Assembly: GCA_002684655.1 (NCBI GenBank)
Contig: NYVR01000003.1
Span: forward strand, 22,974-86,973
Source of the DNA: Planctomycetota bacterium
Lineage (GTDB): Bacteria > Planctomycetota > UBA1135 > UBA2386
Direction: 5' to 3'
DNA: 64,000 nt
Shown here: positions 38,651-47,644 of the stretch, one piece after another
Layout of the letters: each line of letters begins with the position of its first letter
How positions within the stretch are numbered: position 1 is the stretch's first letter
Program-made: the position numbers and the translations under genes
Notes under the pieces: generated by a model
Databases searched by the model: none
The model's input: the letters and a program-made list of their open reading frames with translations, nothing else
Told to the model about the DNA's origin: nothing

Positions 38651-39406
38651 ATGAAGCCGCAGCATCTATTGCTCTGTGCGATCCCCATGGCCTTCGCTGC
38701 GTGCGAAGGGCCTTCGTACAGTTTCAGGGCCGGGCCTATTTTTGCGGACGTCCGAGGCGACCTCGCGCTCGCCAACTCTGCTGGTCAGCTCCCCACCGCC
38801 AACAGCATGGACGGGGGCCTCGGGTTCGATGACAGCAAGTCCGCGTACTTTGAGGGGCAGGTCGACATAGACCGTCACCGGGCGCGTATCAGCACCATGC
38901 AGATCGACTCCGAGGGGGCCGCGGTGCTCGATCAGGACTACGGGGACATCGTGGCGGGCACGGCGGTCAACACGGAGCATGACTTCACCTCCGTCGTCGC
39001 CAACTACAGCTATGAGTTTATCCGCGAGGAGGGCTACCGCATCGGCCTCGGCGCGCAGCTCGGCTACTACGCGATGGACGTTAACGTCAGAGGGGCGGGC
39101 GTGCCTGGCCGCGAGCTCCTGGAGACCGATGGCTTTATGCCGATGCCCTACTTCGAGGCCGAGGCGTTCGTCGACGACGTCACGTTCGGCGCGTCCGGCG
39201 GAATCATGTATGGCGACTGGGGCGACGCGAGGGGCCACTACTGGGACCTCGACCTCTACTCGGTCTGGAACCTGTCTGACCGATTCGACGTGCGCGGTGG
39301 GTACCGCTACATCGTGCTGAACGGCGACGGGCGTGCCTCTTCGCGCGACTTTGATTCGGACTGGGACGTCCAGGGCTTCTACCTGACGTTCGGTGCGTTG
39401 TTCTGA
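38651..39406 (+). CDS. Lipoprotein with beta-barrel-like C-terminus (paralog 2)
   Basis: Lipobox MAFAAC from ATG 38651. Blocks shared with paralog 1: LGFDDSKSAYFEGQV vs FGLGDTQGSPYLRGQV, PMPYFEAEA vs PMPFVRAEA, GYRYIVLNGDG vs GYRHVEIDGDG. Ends ...TFGALF. Confidence 0.6.
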   Translation: MKPQHLLLCAIPMAFAACEGPSYSFRAGPIFADVRGDLALANSAGQLPTANSMDGGLGFDDSKSAYFEGQVDIDRHRARISTMQIDSEGAAVLDQDYGDIVAGTAVNTEHDFTSVVANYSYEFIREEGYRIGLGAQLGYYAMDVNVRGAGVPGRELLETDGFMPMPYFEAEAFVDDVTFGASGGIMYGDWGDARGHYWDLDLYSVWNLSDRFDVRGGYRYIVLNGDGRASSRDFDSDWDVQGFYLTFGALF

Positions 39407-39430
39407 GCAGCGCGCGACGATGGGCCGGAA

Positions 39431-39537
39431 GTCCGGACGATAAATCCGACTTGCCCGTATAGCGGGTCTCGGCCAATCCACGCTGCATCGGCCTTTTCAT
39501 TCGTTCTAGGAGCGACGCTGGTCCGGACAAATCCGGG
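39431..39537. repeat. Two copies of palindromic GTCCGGAC followed by AAATCCG (small hairpin-forming repeat)
   Basis: GTCCGGACGATAAATCCGAC at 39431-39450 and GTCCGGACAAATCCGGG at 39521-39537. The second folds as CCGGA-caaa-TCCGG. Confidence 0.4.
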
Positions 39538-39692
39538 CGAGCGGCGCCGACGAGCCGCGGGTGAATCACCGCGAACATCCGCAAAAACATTAAATGGAGA
39601 TACTTACGCCGACGCGAAAGCTCGTGGGCGGGACGTTCTTCAGGCCGCGCAGCAACGGTAGGCGAGAGAAACAGCGGGCCTCGGCCAAAGTA

Positions 39693-39703
39693 TCCAAATT
39701 GGA
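39693..39703. promoter_or_regulatory. Inverted repeat TCCAA-A-TTGGA about 40 nt upstream of the pdxR start; candidate operator
   Basis: Perfect 5+5 inverted repeat seen in the sequence. The function is inferred only. Confidence 0.2.
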
Positions 39704-39743
39704 ATGATTGACTGAGGCCATTTGTATCCTAGGGGCTAGGATC

Positions 39744-41240
39744 GTGCCCATCATCCTTCCAGAACTCGATCCCCGTAGCACGTCTACGACGTCAGAACAG
39801 ATCTCGCGCTTCTACGAGAGCGCGATCGACGATGGGCGCGTCCCGATCGGCGACCGGCTGCCTCCGATCCGCGTCGTCGCCTCGCGATGTCAGGTGACGC
39901 GAGCCACCGTCCAGGACGCCTACCGCAGGTTGGCGGACCGCGGCTTGGTCGAGGGCACCGTCGGGCGTGGCACCGTCGTGCTGACGACGACGGCTGGTGG
40001 AGACCCCGCCTCCAACGGATCTGCGCGGCTGGTCAGCCCCTACGCCGAAGCTGCGCTGCGTCGCACCAAGGCGATGGCTGGCGCGCCGACCTTGGCATCG
40101 GAGCAAGCGTGCGTCGCAAACTTCGCCGAGCTTCAGCCGGACGACGCTCGCTTTCCGATTCCGGAGTGGCGCGCGGCGATGGACGCCGTGCTCGAACACC
40201 ACGGTCGCGAGCTGCTCGGCTACGGCCACTCGGCGATGGGCCTCGACGAGCTCCGTGAGCTGCTCGCGCGACGTTCGGAGGCCAGCGACCCCGCATTGCG
40301 TGGCGACCAGTTGCTGGTCACCGCGGGCGCGCAGCAGGCGCTGGACCTGATTCTCCGGACGGTCTGCAGCATCGGCGACACGGTCGTCGTGACTGAGCCG
40401 TCCTACCACCACATGCACGGGCTCCTCAGGGCGCACGGCCTCCAGGTCGTCCAAGTGCCCTTCGGGCCTGACGGCCTCGACCACGCACAGCTCACGAGCG
40501 TGCTGGCGCGGCCTTCGGTGCGGCTGTGCTACCTGATGCCGACCTTCCATAACCCCACGGGACGGACGCTCGATATCGCGCAGCGCCGCGACCTGATCGA
40601 CGCGGTCTCGTCGACCGACGTGGTCCTCGTTGAAGACGAGTATCAGCACTCGCTGCGCTGTCGCGGCGAGGCGCTGCCGACGCTTCGTTCGATGGATCCT
40701 CGCGGCCGTACGTTGACGGTGTCGACGGTGTCCAAAGAGCTCTTCCCTGCGCTGCGGATCGGCTGGATCGCGGGCGACCACAAGCTGCTCGAGCCGATGG
40801 CCGCGGTGAAGCGCTTTATGGATCTGGAGACGAGCCCGTTGCTTCAGGCTGCGCTGGTCGAGTTCATGAAGCGCGGCAGCTTCGATCGTCACCTTCAACA
40901 CCTCCGCGTCGAGCTCGGTCGCCGACACGAAGCGCTGCAGCTCGCGTGCGCGGAGCATCTCCCCTCTGAGTGCCGGGTCACCGACCCCGAGGGCGGCTTC
41001 GTCGCTTGGCTTGAGATGCCGAACGAAGGCCAGGGCGACCAGCTCGCGGAGCTCGCGGTTGAGCGCGGCGTCCGCGTTGTTCCGGGGCGGGCCTTCGACC
41101 TCGACGGGTCTCCCTCGCGCGGGGTCAGGCTTTCACTGACGCGCGCGACCGTGGAAGAGATCCACGCCGGCGTGCGTGTCCTCGGACAGTGCGCGAGCGA
41201 GCTGCTTCAGCTACAGACGGCTGCTCAGCCCTTCATCTAG
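39744..41240 (+). CDS. pdxR: MocR/GabR-type GntR regulator with PLP-aminotransferase-like domain, probable PdxR
   Basis: The wHTH (LPPIRVVASRCQVTRATVQDAYRRLADRGLVEG) is followed by a fold-type-I aminotransferase-like domain (SVSKELFPALRIGW carries the PLP-Lys context). Sits directly upstream of pdxS-pdxT. GTG 39744 is preferred. Confidence 0.8.
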   Translation: MPIILPELDPRSTSTTSEQISRFYESAIDDGRVPIGDRLPPIRVVASRCQVTRATVQDAYRRLADRGLVEGTVGRGTVVLTTTAGGDPASNGSARLVSPYAEAALRRTKAMAGAPTLASEQACVANFAELQPDDARFPIPEWRAAMDAVLEHHGRELLGYGHSAMGLDELRELLARRSEASDPALRGDQLLVTAGAQQALDLILRTVCSIGDTVVVTEPSYHHMHGLLRAHGLQVVQVPFGPDGLDHAQLTSVLARPSVRLCYLMPTFHNPTGRTLDIAQRRDLIDAVSSTDVVLVEDEYQHSLRCRGEALPTLRSMDPRGRTLTVSTVSKELFPALRIGWIAGDHKLLEPMAAVKRFMDLETSPLLQAALVEFMKRGSFDRHLQHLRVELGRRHEALQLACAEHLPSECRVTDPEGGFVAWLEMPNEGQGDQLAELAVERGVRVVPGRAFDLDGSPSRGVRLSLTRATVEEIHAGVRVLGQCASELLQLQTAAQPFI

Positions 41241-41264
41241 CACGAGCAATCACACCACAACCTC

Positions 41265-42182
41265 ATGACCACGAACCCCACCAACCTCCCCGTTCCTGGC
41301 TTCACGCCGGAAGAGCACAAGAGCAAGATCGGATTCTGCGAGATGCTAAAGGGCGGCGTCATCATGGACGTCGTCGACCCCGAGCAGGCTATGATTGCGC
41401 AGGACGCAGGCGCATGCGCCGTGATGGCGCTTGAGCGTGTCCCGGCCGACATCCGCAAAGACGGCGGCGTCGCGCGAGCGAGCGATCCGGACATGATCGC
41501 TGGCATTCAAGCTGCCGTCAGCATCCCGGTCATGGCGAAGGTGCGGATCGGACACTTCGTCGAAGCGCAGATGCTTGAGTCGATGAAGGTCGACTGCATC
41601 GACGAGAGCGAAGTGCTCACCCCCGCGGACGAAGAGTTCCATGTCGATAAGCGCGCGTTCAAGACGCCGTTCGTCTGCGGCTGTCGAGACCTCGGAGAGG
41701 CGCTCCGTCGTATTCACGAGGGCGCTGCGATGATCCGCACGAAGGGTGAAGCAGGCACTGGAAACGTCGTCGAAGCGGTGCGCCACATGCGCACCCTCAT
41801 GAGCGGCATCCGCGCGCTTCAGGGCCTCGACGCCATGCAAATGGACAAGAAGGCTGCCGAGCTCCGTGTTCCCGTCGAGCTCGTTACGTGGGTCCGCGAC
41901 CACCAAAAACTGCCGGTGCCAAACTTCTCGGCAGGCGGCGTCGCGACGCCTGCCGACGCCTCGCTGATGATGCAGCTCGGCGCTGAGGCGGTGTTCGTAG
42001 GGTCTGGGATCTTTAAGTCGGGTGACCCCGTGCTGCGCGCCCGCGCGATCGTTCGCGCGGTGACGAACTTCAGGGATCCGAGCGTGCTGGTCGAGGTGTC
42101 CAAGGGCCTCGGCGAGCCAATGGTCGGCATCAACATCGACACGCTGCCTGACGATCAACTCTTGGCCAAGCGTGGCGTCTGA
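41265..42182 (+). CDS. pdxS: Pyridoxal 5'-phosphate synthase lyase subunit
   Basis: [46 protein letters not shown]. Confidence 0.95.
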   Translation: MTTNPTNLPVPGFTPEEHKSKIGFCEMLKGGVIMDVVDPEQAMIAQDAGACAVMALERVPADIRKDGGVARASDPDMIAGIQAAVSIPVMAKVRIGHFVEAQMLESMKVDCIDESEVLTPADEEFHVDKRAFKTPFVCGCRDLGEALRRIHEGAAMIRTKGEAGTGNVVEAVRHMRTLMSGIRALQGLDAMQMDKKAAELRVPVELVTWVRDHQKLPVPNFSAGGVATPADASLMMQLGAEAVFVGSGIFKSGDPVLRARAIVRAVTNFRDPSVLVEVSKGLGEPMVGINIDTLPDDQLLAKRGV

Positions 42183-42789
42183 CGCAAACGGCCGGGCCGC
42201 GCCGCTGGTCGGCGTCCTAGCACTGCAAGGCGACTTCGAGGACCACCAAGTCTCGCTCGAGGCTTTGGGCCTGCGCACCACCCAGGTGCGCAGCGCTGCG
42301 CAGCTCGGCGCGATCGACGCCCTGGTCCTCCCGGGGGGCGAGAGCACGACGATGCTCAAGCTGCTTGAGTTAGAAGACCTTTGGGAGCCACTCGGCGCGG
42401 CCCTCCGCAGCGGCGTCCCGACCTTGGCGACCTGTGCGGGGATGATCTTGCTCGCGCAAAGCGTCGAGGATCCAGCGCAGCGCTGCTACGGCTTGCTGCC
42501 GATCACCGTGGTCCGCAACGGCTACGGCCGCCAGTATGAATCGGGCACCTTTGCGCTCACCCCGGCGACGGACGAGCTTCCCACGGATCTAGAGGGCACC
42601 TTCATTCGCGCGCCACGGGTCACCGCGGTCACGGGGGCGTGCGAGGTGCTCGCGCGACGTGGCGCAGACCCGGTCCTGCTGCGCAAGGGCAACCTACTGG
42701 CGGCAGCGTTTCACCCCGAGCTTTGTGTGGGGCATCCAGTTACGAGCATCTTCGCGGCCATGGTTCGAGCCGTCGCCGACTCGGCATAG
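42172..42789 (+). CDS. pdxT: Pyridoxal 5'-phosphate synthase glutaminase subunit
   Basis: [22 protein letters not shown] (catalytic Cys), FHPE. Confidence 0.9.
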   Translation: MASDANGRAAPLVGVLALQGDFEDHQVSLEALGLRTTQVRSAAQLGAIDALVLPGGESTTMLKLLELEDLWEPLGAALRSGVPTLATCAGMILLAQSVEDPAQRCYGLLPITVVRNGYGRQYESGTFALTPATDELPTDLEGTFIRAPRVTAVTGACEVLARRGADPVLLRKGNLLAAAFHPELCVGHPVTSIFAAMVRAVADSA

Positions 42790-42893
42790 GCCACGGGCCA
42801 CCGAACACCCCAAGGGCCTGAGCTTGCGCGGTTGGGGCAGCGCCCTCGAGTTCCTTGGTCCCGAGTCGTATCTGATCTAGGCCTCTGCCTATA

Positions 42894-44126
42894 ATGCGCC
42901 GCGTCGTGAGTTCCCTCCTCCGCAAACCCTCTATAGCCGTCGCCACGTGCTCGGCGTTGATCGTCGGGCTGTTCGTATGGAGCGGCGAGCTCGGGCTCGA
43001 AGACGTCGCAGCCAGCCATAAGCAGCATGTCCCGGACCCGGCCTCTGCGAAGGGGCCGCTCGTCGTCAAGCGCGAGGCCGAGACGCTGCTGCCGCGCAGC
43101 GCACGCTACGGCAGAGTTTACGACAGCATGGGGTATTTGGTCGTCGACGCTGAGGTCACGCCCGTTGGGGGTGTCGTGCAGCGAACGGACCCTGACGGCC
43201 GCTTCGCGATCGAGCTGGTAGAGCAACACACGAGCGACCTGCTCGTCGAGGCGAGCGGGCGTCGCTCCGAGTGGCTGCGCACCTCTGCTGTCGCGCCCGA
43301 GCCGATGGCGGTTTGTCTCGAGCCGGCAGCGCCGTGGGACATCGCTCCGATCCAACCGCAGCCAGCGCCGCTGCTGCGCGGCGAAGGTGAGGTCCGCAGC
43401 CCCGACGGATCGCCGCTGCAGAACGCCTTTGTAAACGTTTTGGGGACCGGGTGCTGGGGGCGGACGGACGAGGCCGGACGCGTTGAGCTCCCGCTGCCGC
43501 ACACCAGGGCGACGTTCGTCGTCCACGCGGCGGCAAACCAAGACTACGCCGGCGGGTTTGCAGCGCGCTCCGAGCCGTTCGTGGCGCCGCGGAGCCGTGG
43601 TATCGTGCCTCTCCCTCGGATGGTCGCGCAGCTTGCGGGGTCCATTCGAGGAACCGTGCGTGACGCGAGCGGCGCTCCGATCTCGGGCCTGCCTGTAGAA
43701 GTGCGCGGCGCTGGTTGCCGACGTCAGGTCACAACAGGCGCCGGCGGCGCGTTCGTGGTCGAAGGGCTGCTCCCCGACGACTACGTCGTCGAGCCGTTCG
43801 CGTATTTAGGTCAGGTCTCTGAGCCCGTAGGACTACGCGTCGACCGAGCGGTCGTGCTTTGTGACCTGCTGTTGGCGAAGACCAAAGCGACGAGCCTGGT
43901 GGTCGTCGACGAGCGTGGTCACGCTGCCTCTGGTGTTTGGGTCGCGACGAGCTATCACGGCGTGCGCCGCGACGTCGTCCAAGCAGACCAAGGTGGCCGC
44001 GTGCTGCTGCCGTTGGCTGGCGCTGCGCAGTTCGAAGTTCGGACTGCGGTCGACTTTGCCGCGTGCTCCGTGCGTCGCCTTGAGATCAACGTTGAGCAGC
44101 CAAAGCTGGTGATCACGCAGCCCTGA
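42894..44126 (+). CDS. Signal-anchored protein with about 4 carboxypeptidase-regulatory-like (CarboxypepD_reg) beta-sandwich repeats
   Basis: Recurrent G.V.D..G.P...A.V.....T...G.F pattern, for example GSIRGTVRDASGAPISGLPVEV...TGAGGAFVVEGL. Confidence 0.55.
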   Translation: MRRVVSSLLRKPSIAVATCSALIVGLFVWSGELGLEDVAASHKQHVPDPASAKGPLVVKREAETLLPRSARYGRVYDSMGYLVVDAEVTPVGGVVQRTDPDGRFAIELVEQHTSDLLVEASGRRSEWLRTSAVAPEPMAVCLEPAAPWDIAPIQPQPAPLLRGEGEVRSPDGSPLQNAFVNVLGTGCWGRTDEAGRVELPLPHTRATFVVHAAANQDYAGGFAARSEPFVAPRSRGIVPLPRMVAQLAGSIRGTVRDASGAPISGLPVEVRGAGCRRQVTTGAGGAFVVEGLLPDDYVVEPFAYLGQVSEPVGLRVDRAVVLCDLLLAKTKATSLVVVDERGHAASGVWVATSYHGVRRDVVQADQGGRVLLPLAGAAQFEVRTAVDFAACSVRRLEINVEQPKLVITQP

Positions 44127-44242
44127 GCGCGGCGCGTCACCGAACCTCCGACGTCGCTCGGTCAGCGTGGCGAGATCCAGAGTGGTTGGGTTTCGCGTGA
44201 CGGTGTCCAGCGTGACCGCGTCCGGCGCTGCTGTGCGCGACG

Positions 44243-45316
44243 TTACTGCGTCAGCAGGACGCCGGCGTTGCTCAGCGAGAAGCCGAGCAAGTTCGTGTCG
44301 ATCGCGACAGCCTGCAGCGTGATGAGGTATCCCGGGAAACCGGAGGGGATGTTGAACAGGCTAAAGCCCGAGCCACCAACGAGCGTGAACACGTCGCCCG
44401 TGATCACCGGACCTGAGAGAGACAGGTATACCGAGTCGCCGAACGGAAGCGTCGGGCCGACGGGGTCGAGGCCGAAAGAGATGAAGTTGGCGCCGACCGT
44501 TAGCGGGCTCGGTGCGTTGTTGTAGACGATCGGCATCGGCGCGTTGCCGTCGGCCGTGCCCGAGATGTCGAGCTGGAACGGCGAGCCGTTCACCAACCAA
44601 CCGGTCCCGTAATTGCCGACTTGGCCCGGGATGAGGTAGGTGACCGTGATGCGCGGGAGGCTGCCGAGCGACGACTCGCGCGAGTGCATGCGCCGCGCGG
44701 TCGGCCACATCACCTCGTCTGTCTTCAGGATCCAGCCGAAGTTGCCGGTGGGGTTGTCGAGCCACGATTGGACGTCGTTGACCATCCCCGGTTGGACCGT
44801 CGCCGTGCTCGGGCCGACGGAGGCGAGGTCAAAGATGAAGCTGGGCTGCGGATCGAAGTCTCCGCCGGGCGTGTTCCACGTGGCGCCCGGGGTGCCGCGG
44901 CTCGTGTGGATCCAAGTGGCGGAGCCGTTGCCTGCGAAGGTGCCTGCGCCGCCAGGGCCGCTGGCGAAGGCAGAGCCTTCGTTCCAGTCCTGGGTCACGC
45001 GGTGCACGTAGGTCGCGATCGGCAGGAAGGCCGTCGACTGGGCGCTGAAGCTGTCGAGCTCGACCGACAGGACGCGGGAGCCTGCGGGGATTTGTCCGGC
45101 CACGTCGAAGTGCAACAGCGCGCGCCGCTTACCGGGCTGCGCGGTGACGCCGACGAAGATGCTCGGGCCCGCGCCGTTGGCGAGGGTGCCGTTGTTCGAC
45201 TCGTAGAGCGTCGCGTCCCGGTCGGCAGTGATGGTGATGGTCGTCTGCGCTTGCAAGGAGGTGCAGAGCGCGACGGAGGCCGCGGTGAGGAACAGTTTGG
45301 CGATGGCCTTGGTCAT
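44243..45316 (-). CDS. Secreted DNRLRE-like domain protein (tentative)
   Basis: Signal peptide, then ADRDATLYES...RRALLHFDV...VTQDWNEGSA...ATWNTPGGDF...NFGWILK...HSRES...PRITVTY, which matches my recollection of the DNRLRE domain pattern. Confidence 0.5.
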   Translation of the reverse strand: MTKAIAKLFLTAASVALCTSLQAQTTITITADRDATLYESNNGTLANGAGPSIFVGVTAQPGKRRALLHFDVAGQIPAGSRVLSVELDSFSAQSTAFLPIATYVHRVTQDWNEGSAFASGPGGAGTFAGNGSATWIHTSRGTPGATWNTPGGDFDPQPSFIFDLASVGPSTATVQPGMVNDVQSWLDNPTGNFGWILKTDEVMWPTARRMHSRESSLGSLPRITVTYLIPGQVGNYGTGWLVNGSPFQLDISGTADGNAPMPIVYNNAPSPLTVGANFISFGLDPVGPTLPFGDSVYLSLSGPVITGDVFTLVGGSGFSLFNIPSGFPGYLITLQAVAIDTNLLGFSLSNAGVLLTQ

Positions 45317-45550
45317 GTTCGGAGGGTCGCTGACGGGTGTGGATGTTCGGGGCTCGCTAGGGAGAGGATACCTGATCGCTGCCCCACATGAGGCACGGAG
45401 ATCGGAGGTAGCGCCTAGTTTCGATACGGTCGGCAGTTACTCCCGGCTTGCGAGCGATTGCGAGACATGATTCGCGTCATCGAACGTTCGGTTGCAGCGC
45501 GCCTAGGGTTCGCCCAGCGCGTGTCCGCGCGGCGCGGTCCGGCTCGGTCG

Positions 45551-47212
45551 CTACTTCTTTCTACCGACGATGAAGACTTGCCCGTTGCCGATCGCGGCGA
45601 GGCTCTCGAGCAAGGTCTCGTTTGCTTCGCCGAGGCCCACGCAGTGCAAGCGCACGCGTCGGAACGCGTTCATTCGTCGGATGTCCCGGATCAACCAGCA
45701 GTCGATTTGTCCGGGGCTGGGGCGACCCGTGACGTTCGGGAATCCTGCGTAGGGACCGTGGTAGTTGAGTTGGGGCGTGCGCTGGGCCGCCACGCCAGCC
45801 TCCAGGTCCTTCATGACGTTGCCCTCGCCGTAGTCTTTGTCGAGCACGTCGAAGCCGTCCCAGTTCGGGATGCCGTCCGACAGCAGGAAGACCGTGTCAC
45901 AGCCCTCGGTCAACGGCTTGGCGTCGACGTAGAACGGCTCGCCCTGCGGCCCCTTCTTGCCCAGCGAGTAGGCGACGCTCATGCCGAAGTGCAGGCTGGT
46001 CTCGCCGCGAAGGCGATCTCGGCCCTCCCGGAACTGCGCCTCGATGTCGTCGAGCTCGGCCATGGCCTTCTTGATGTTGCCCTTGGACGCCTTGACCAGC
46101 CCCTTAGTGGCGTCCAGCGTGCCTGCGTCCGTGCCGAACCAAACGATCGAGAAGTACTTGTCGCTGTCGAGCCGCGACAGCGAGATGCGCAGTTGTTCGC
46201 GCGCGAGGTCCCAGCGCGTCCGGATCGTGTGCCAGGGCAGGTCGCTCTCGTCGAGCACCATGCTCTTCTTGCTCTTCTTCTTCTTCGGGCCCGTGATCGG
46301 TCCTTTGGGACGCGCGCTCGGCGAGATCTCCCTGAGCATGGAGTCTGACATGTCGAGCACATAGCAGAACCGCTCGCCCTCCGTCTCGATGCCGAAGAAG
46401 CGCGGCTTCGCTGAGGTGCCGTAGTCCTTGGGCTTCTTCACCTCCCCCCGTTCGAGCAGCTCAAGCCACGGCTCGGGGTCGGTGAACTTCGCGGGCCCGT
46501 TGAGGATCTCCTGGAGGTGCCGCGCCATTTGGACCTTCGCAAGCTGCGGCAGCTTGACCTTCTTGTCGAGGAGGCTGATGTAAGCCTTTAGGCCCTCTCG
46601 GTAGTCGTCGTCGTTGACGCGTCCCTTGTTGCGCCAGAGCGCGCCGGTCATCGCGCCGACCAGCAGCATGCGGTCTGCGTCCTTCCGCGGGAACTCGATG
46701 CAGTTGGGCACGATGGCGCGCTTGAGGCCGCCGCGGCTCGACATGCCGAGCGCCGTGATCGCCGCCGCGCGCATGTGGGCCTTCTTGCCGTTCTGCGCGA
46801 TCTCTACGGCGAACTCCTCTCTGCCTTTGTCTACCTCGTTGCGAAGCGTCATCACCCAAAGCCACGAATCCACGGGCTTGTTGAACTTGCTGCGCAGCTT
46901 CGCGAAGCGCGGGAACCACTCTTCGTCTTTGAAGTGCTGCCCGATCATGTGCGCGATCGTGTAGCGCGTGTGCTCTGGGTAGTCGTCGCTCTTAGCGTAG
47001 TCTTTCGCCAACTGCTCCAGCGCCGCGGCTTCGCGCGTCTCGGCGAGCTTTTCGCGACCTTCAACGTGGAAGCGGAACGGCAGACGGCTCATGCACTCCG
47101 TGTAGCGCGCGCGCGCCTCCGAGTATCCGGGCGCGCCCTGCGCTAGGACGCACGCAGTCGTCGTCATCAGCAAGGCGGGCAAGTAGGCGACTATCCTGCG
47201 AAATCCGTGCAT
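45551..47212 (-). CDS. Secreted von Willebrand factor A (vWA) domain protein with helical N-terminal region
   Basis: Signal peptide and MIDAS DxSxS (VLDMSDSM). Later vWA strands are FSIVWFGTDAG and VFLLSDGIPN. A Lys-rich insert, GPKKKKSKKS, follows the MIDAS strand. Confidence 0.7.
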   Translation of the reverse strand: MHGFRRIVAYLPALLMTTTACVLAQGAPGYSEARARYTECMSRLPFRFHVEGREKLAETREAAALEQLAKDYAKSDDYPEHTRYTIAHMIGQHFKDEEWFPRFAKLRSKFNKPVDSWLWVMTLRNEVDKGREEFAVEIAQNGKKAHMRAAAITALGMSSRGGLKRAIVPNCIEFPRKDADRMLLVGAMTGALWRNKGRVNDDDYREGLKAYISLLDKKVKLPQLAKVQMARHLQEILNGPAKFTDPEPWLELLERGEVKKPKDYGTSAKPRFFGIETEGERFCYVLDMSDSMLREISPSARPKGPITGPKKKKSKKSMVLDESDLPWHTIRTRWDLAREQLRISLSRLDSDKYFSIVWFGTDAGTLDATKGLVKASKGNIKKAMAELDDIEAQFREGRDRLRGETSLHFGMSVAYSLGKKGPQGEPFYVDAKPLTEGCDTVFLLSDGIPNWDGFDVLDKDYGEGNVMKDLEAGVAAQRTPQLNYHGPYAGFPNVTGRPSPGQIDCWLIRDIRRMNAFRRVRLHCVGLGEANETLLESLAAIGNGQVFIVGRKK

Positions 47213-47644
47213 CGTTACCTTGGGGTCGAGCTGACAGGCGTGGCGGACGCGTTTGATAGATTACGAGGGCGCTCGGCTATCGCCTAGTCCAGAGATCACG
47301 AGGTTGCGGGTGTGCTGGCTCACCGCTTGATACAGCCTACCTGCTTGAGCGTATGCACGACGTCTAAGCGGTAGATCTGGGCCGCCTTGACGGCGCCGAT
47401 GTCTTTTTAGGACATGGGAAGACCTCATCCATCACGGCGCCGCCCTTACGACACTCGACGCCTTCGGTCGCGATTCATGGGGTAAGCTTTCTCGAAGCGC
47501 CGTTCAGATCAGGCACCCGCGCGTAAGCGCGGATGCTTGCTGTCATGATCCGCACGGCTCCTTCCGACGGTGGCAAGGAGCCTGCGCACGAGCGGGAGTC
47601 CCGGTCGCCGCTGCAACCGTTGCTCGTAAGCAGACACGGAATTC

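Noticed and set aside
39421-39450. GGCCGGAAGTCCGGACG, reminiscent of the SRP RNA GGAAG/CAGG region.
   Set aside because: It lacks the conserved GGAAGCAGCC helix-8 motif and a symmetric partner strand. It is better explained as one of two small GTCCGGAC hairpin repeats.
38666-39481. 271-aa minus-strand ORF opposite the second lipoprotein barrel gene.
   Set aside because: The plus-strand gene has a lipobox, a paralog next door and a barrel-type C-terminus. The minus-strand product is Arg/Val-rich with no features.
39792-42359. 388-aa and 337-aa minus-strand ORFs opposite pdxR and pdxS.
   Set aside because: pdxS and pdxR are certain on the plus strand. The antisense translations are Arg/Ala/Val-rich and motif-free.
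45458-46364. Plus-strand ORFs of 296 aa and 127 aa opposite the vWA gene.
   Set aside because: The vWA MIDAS motif and signal peptide are on the minus strand, so these are shadow ORFs.
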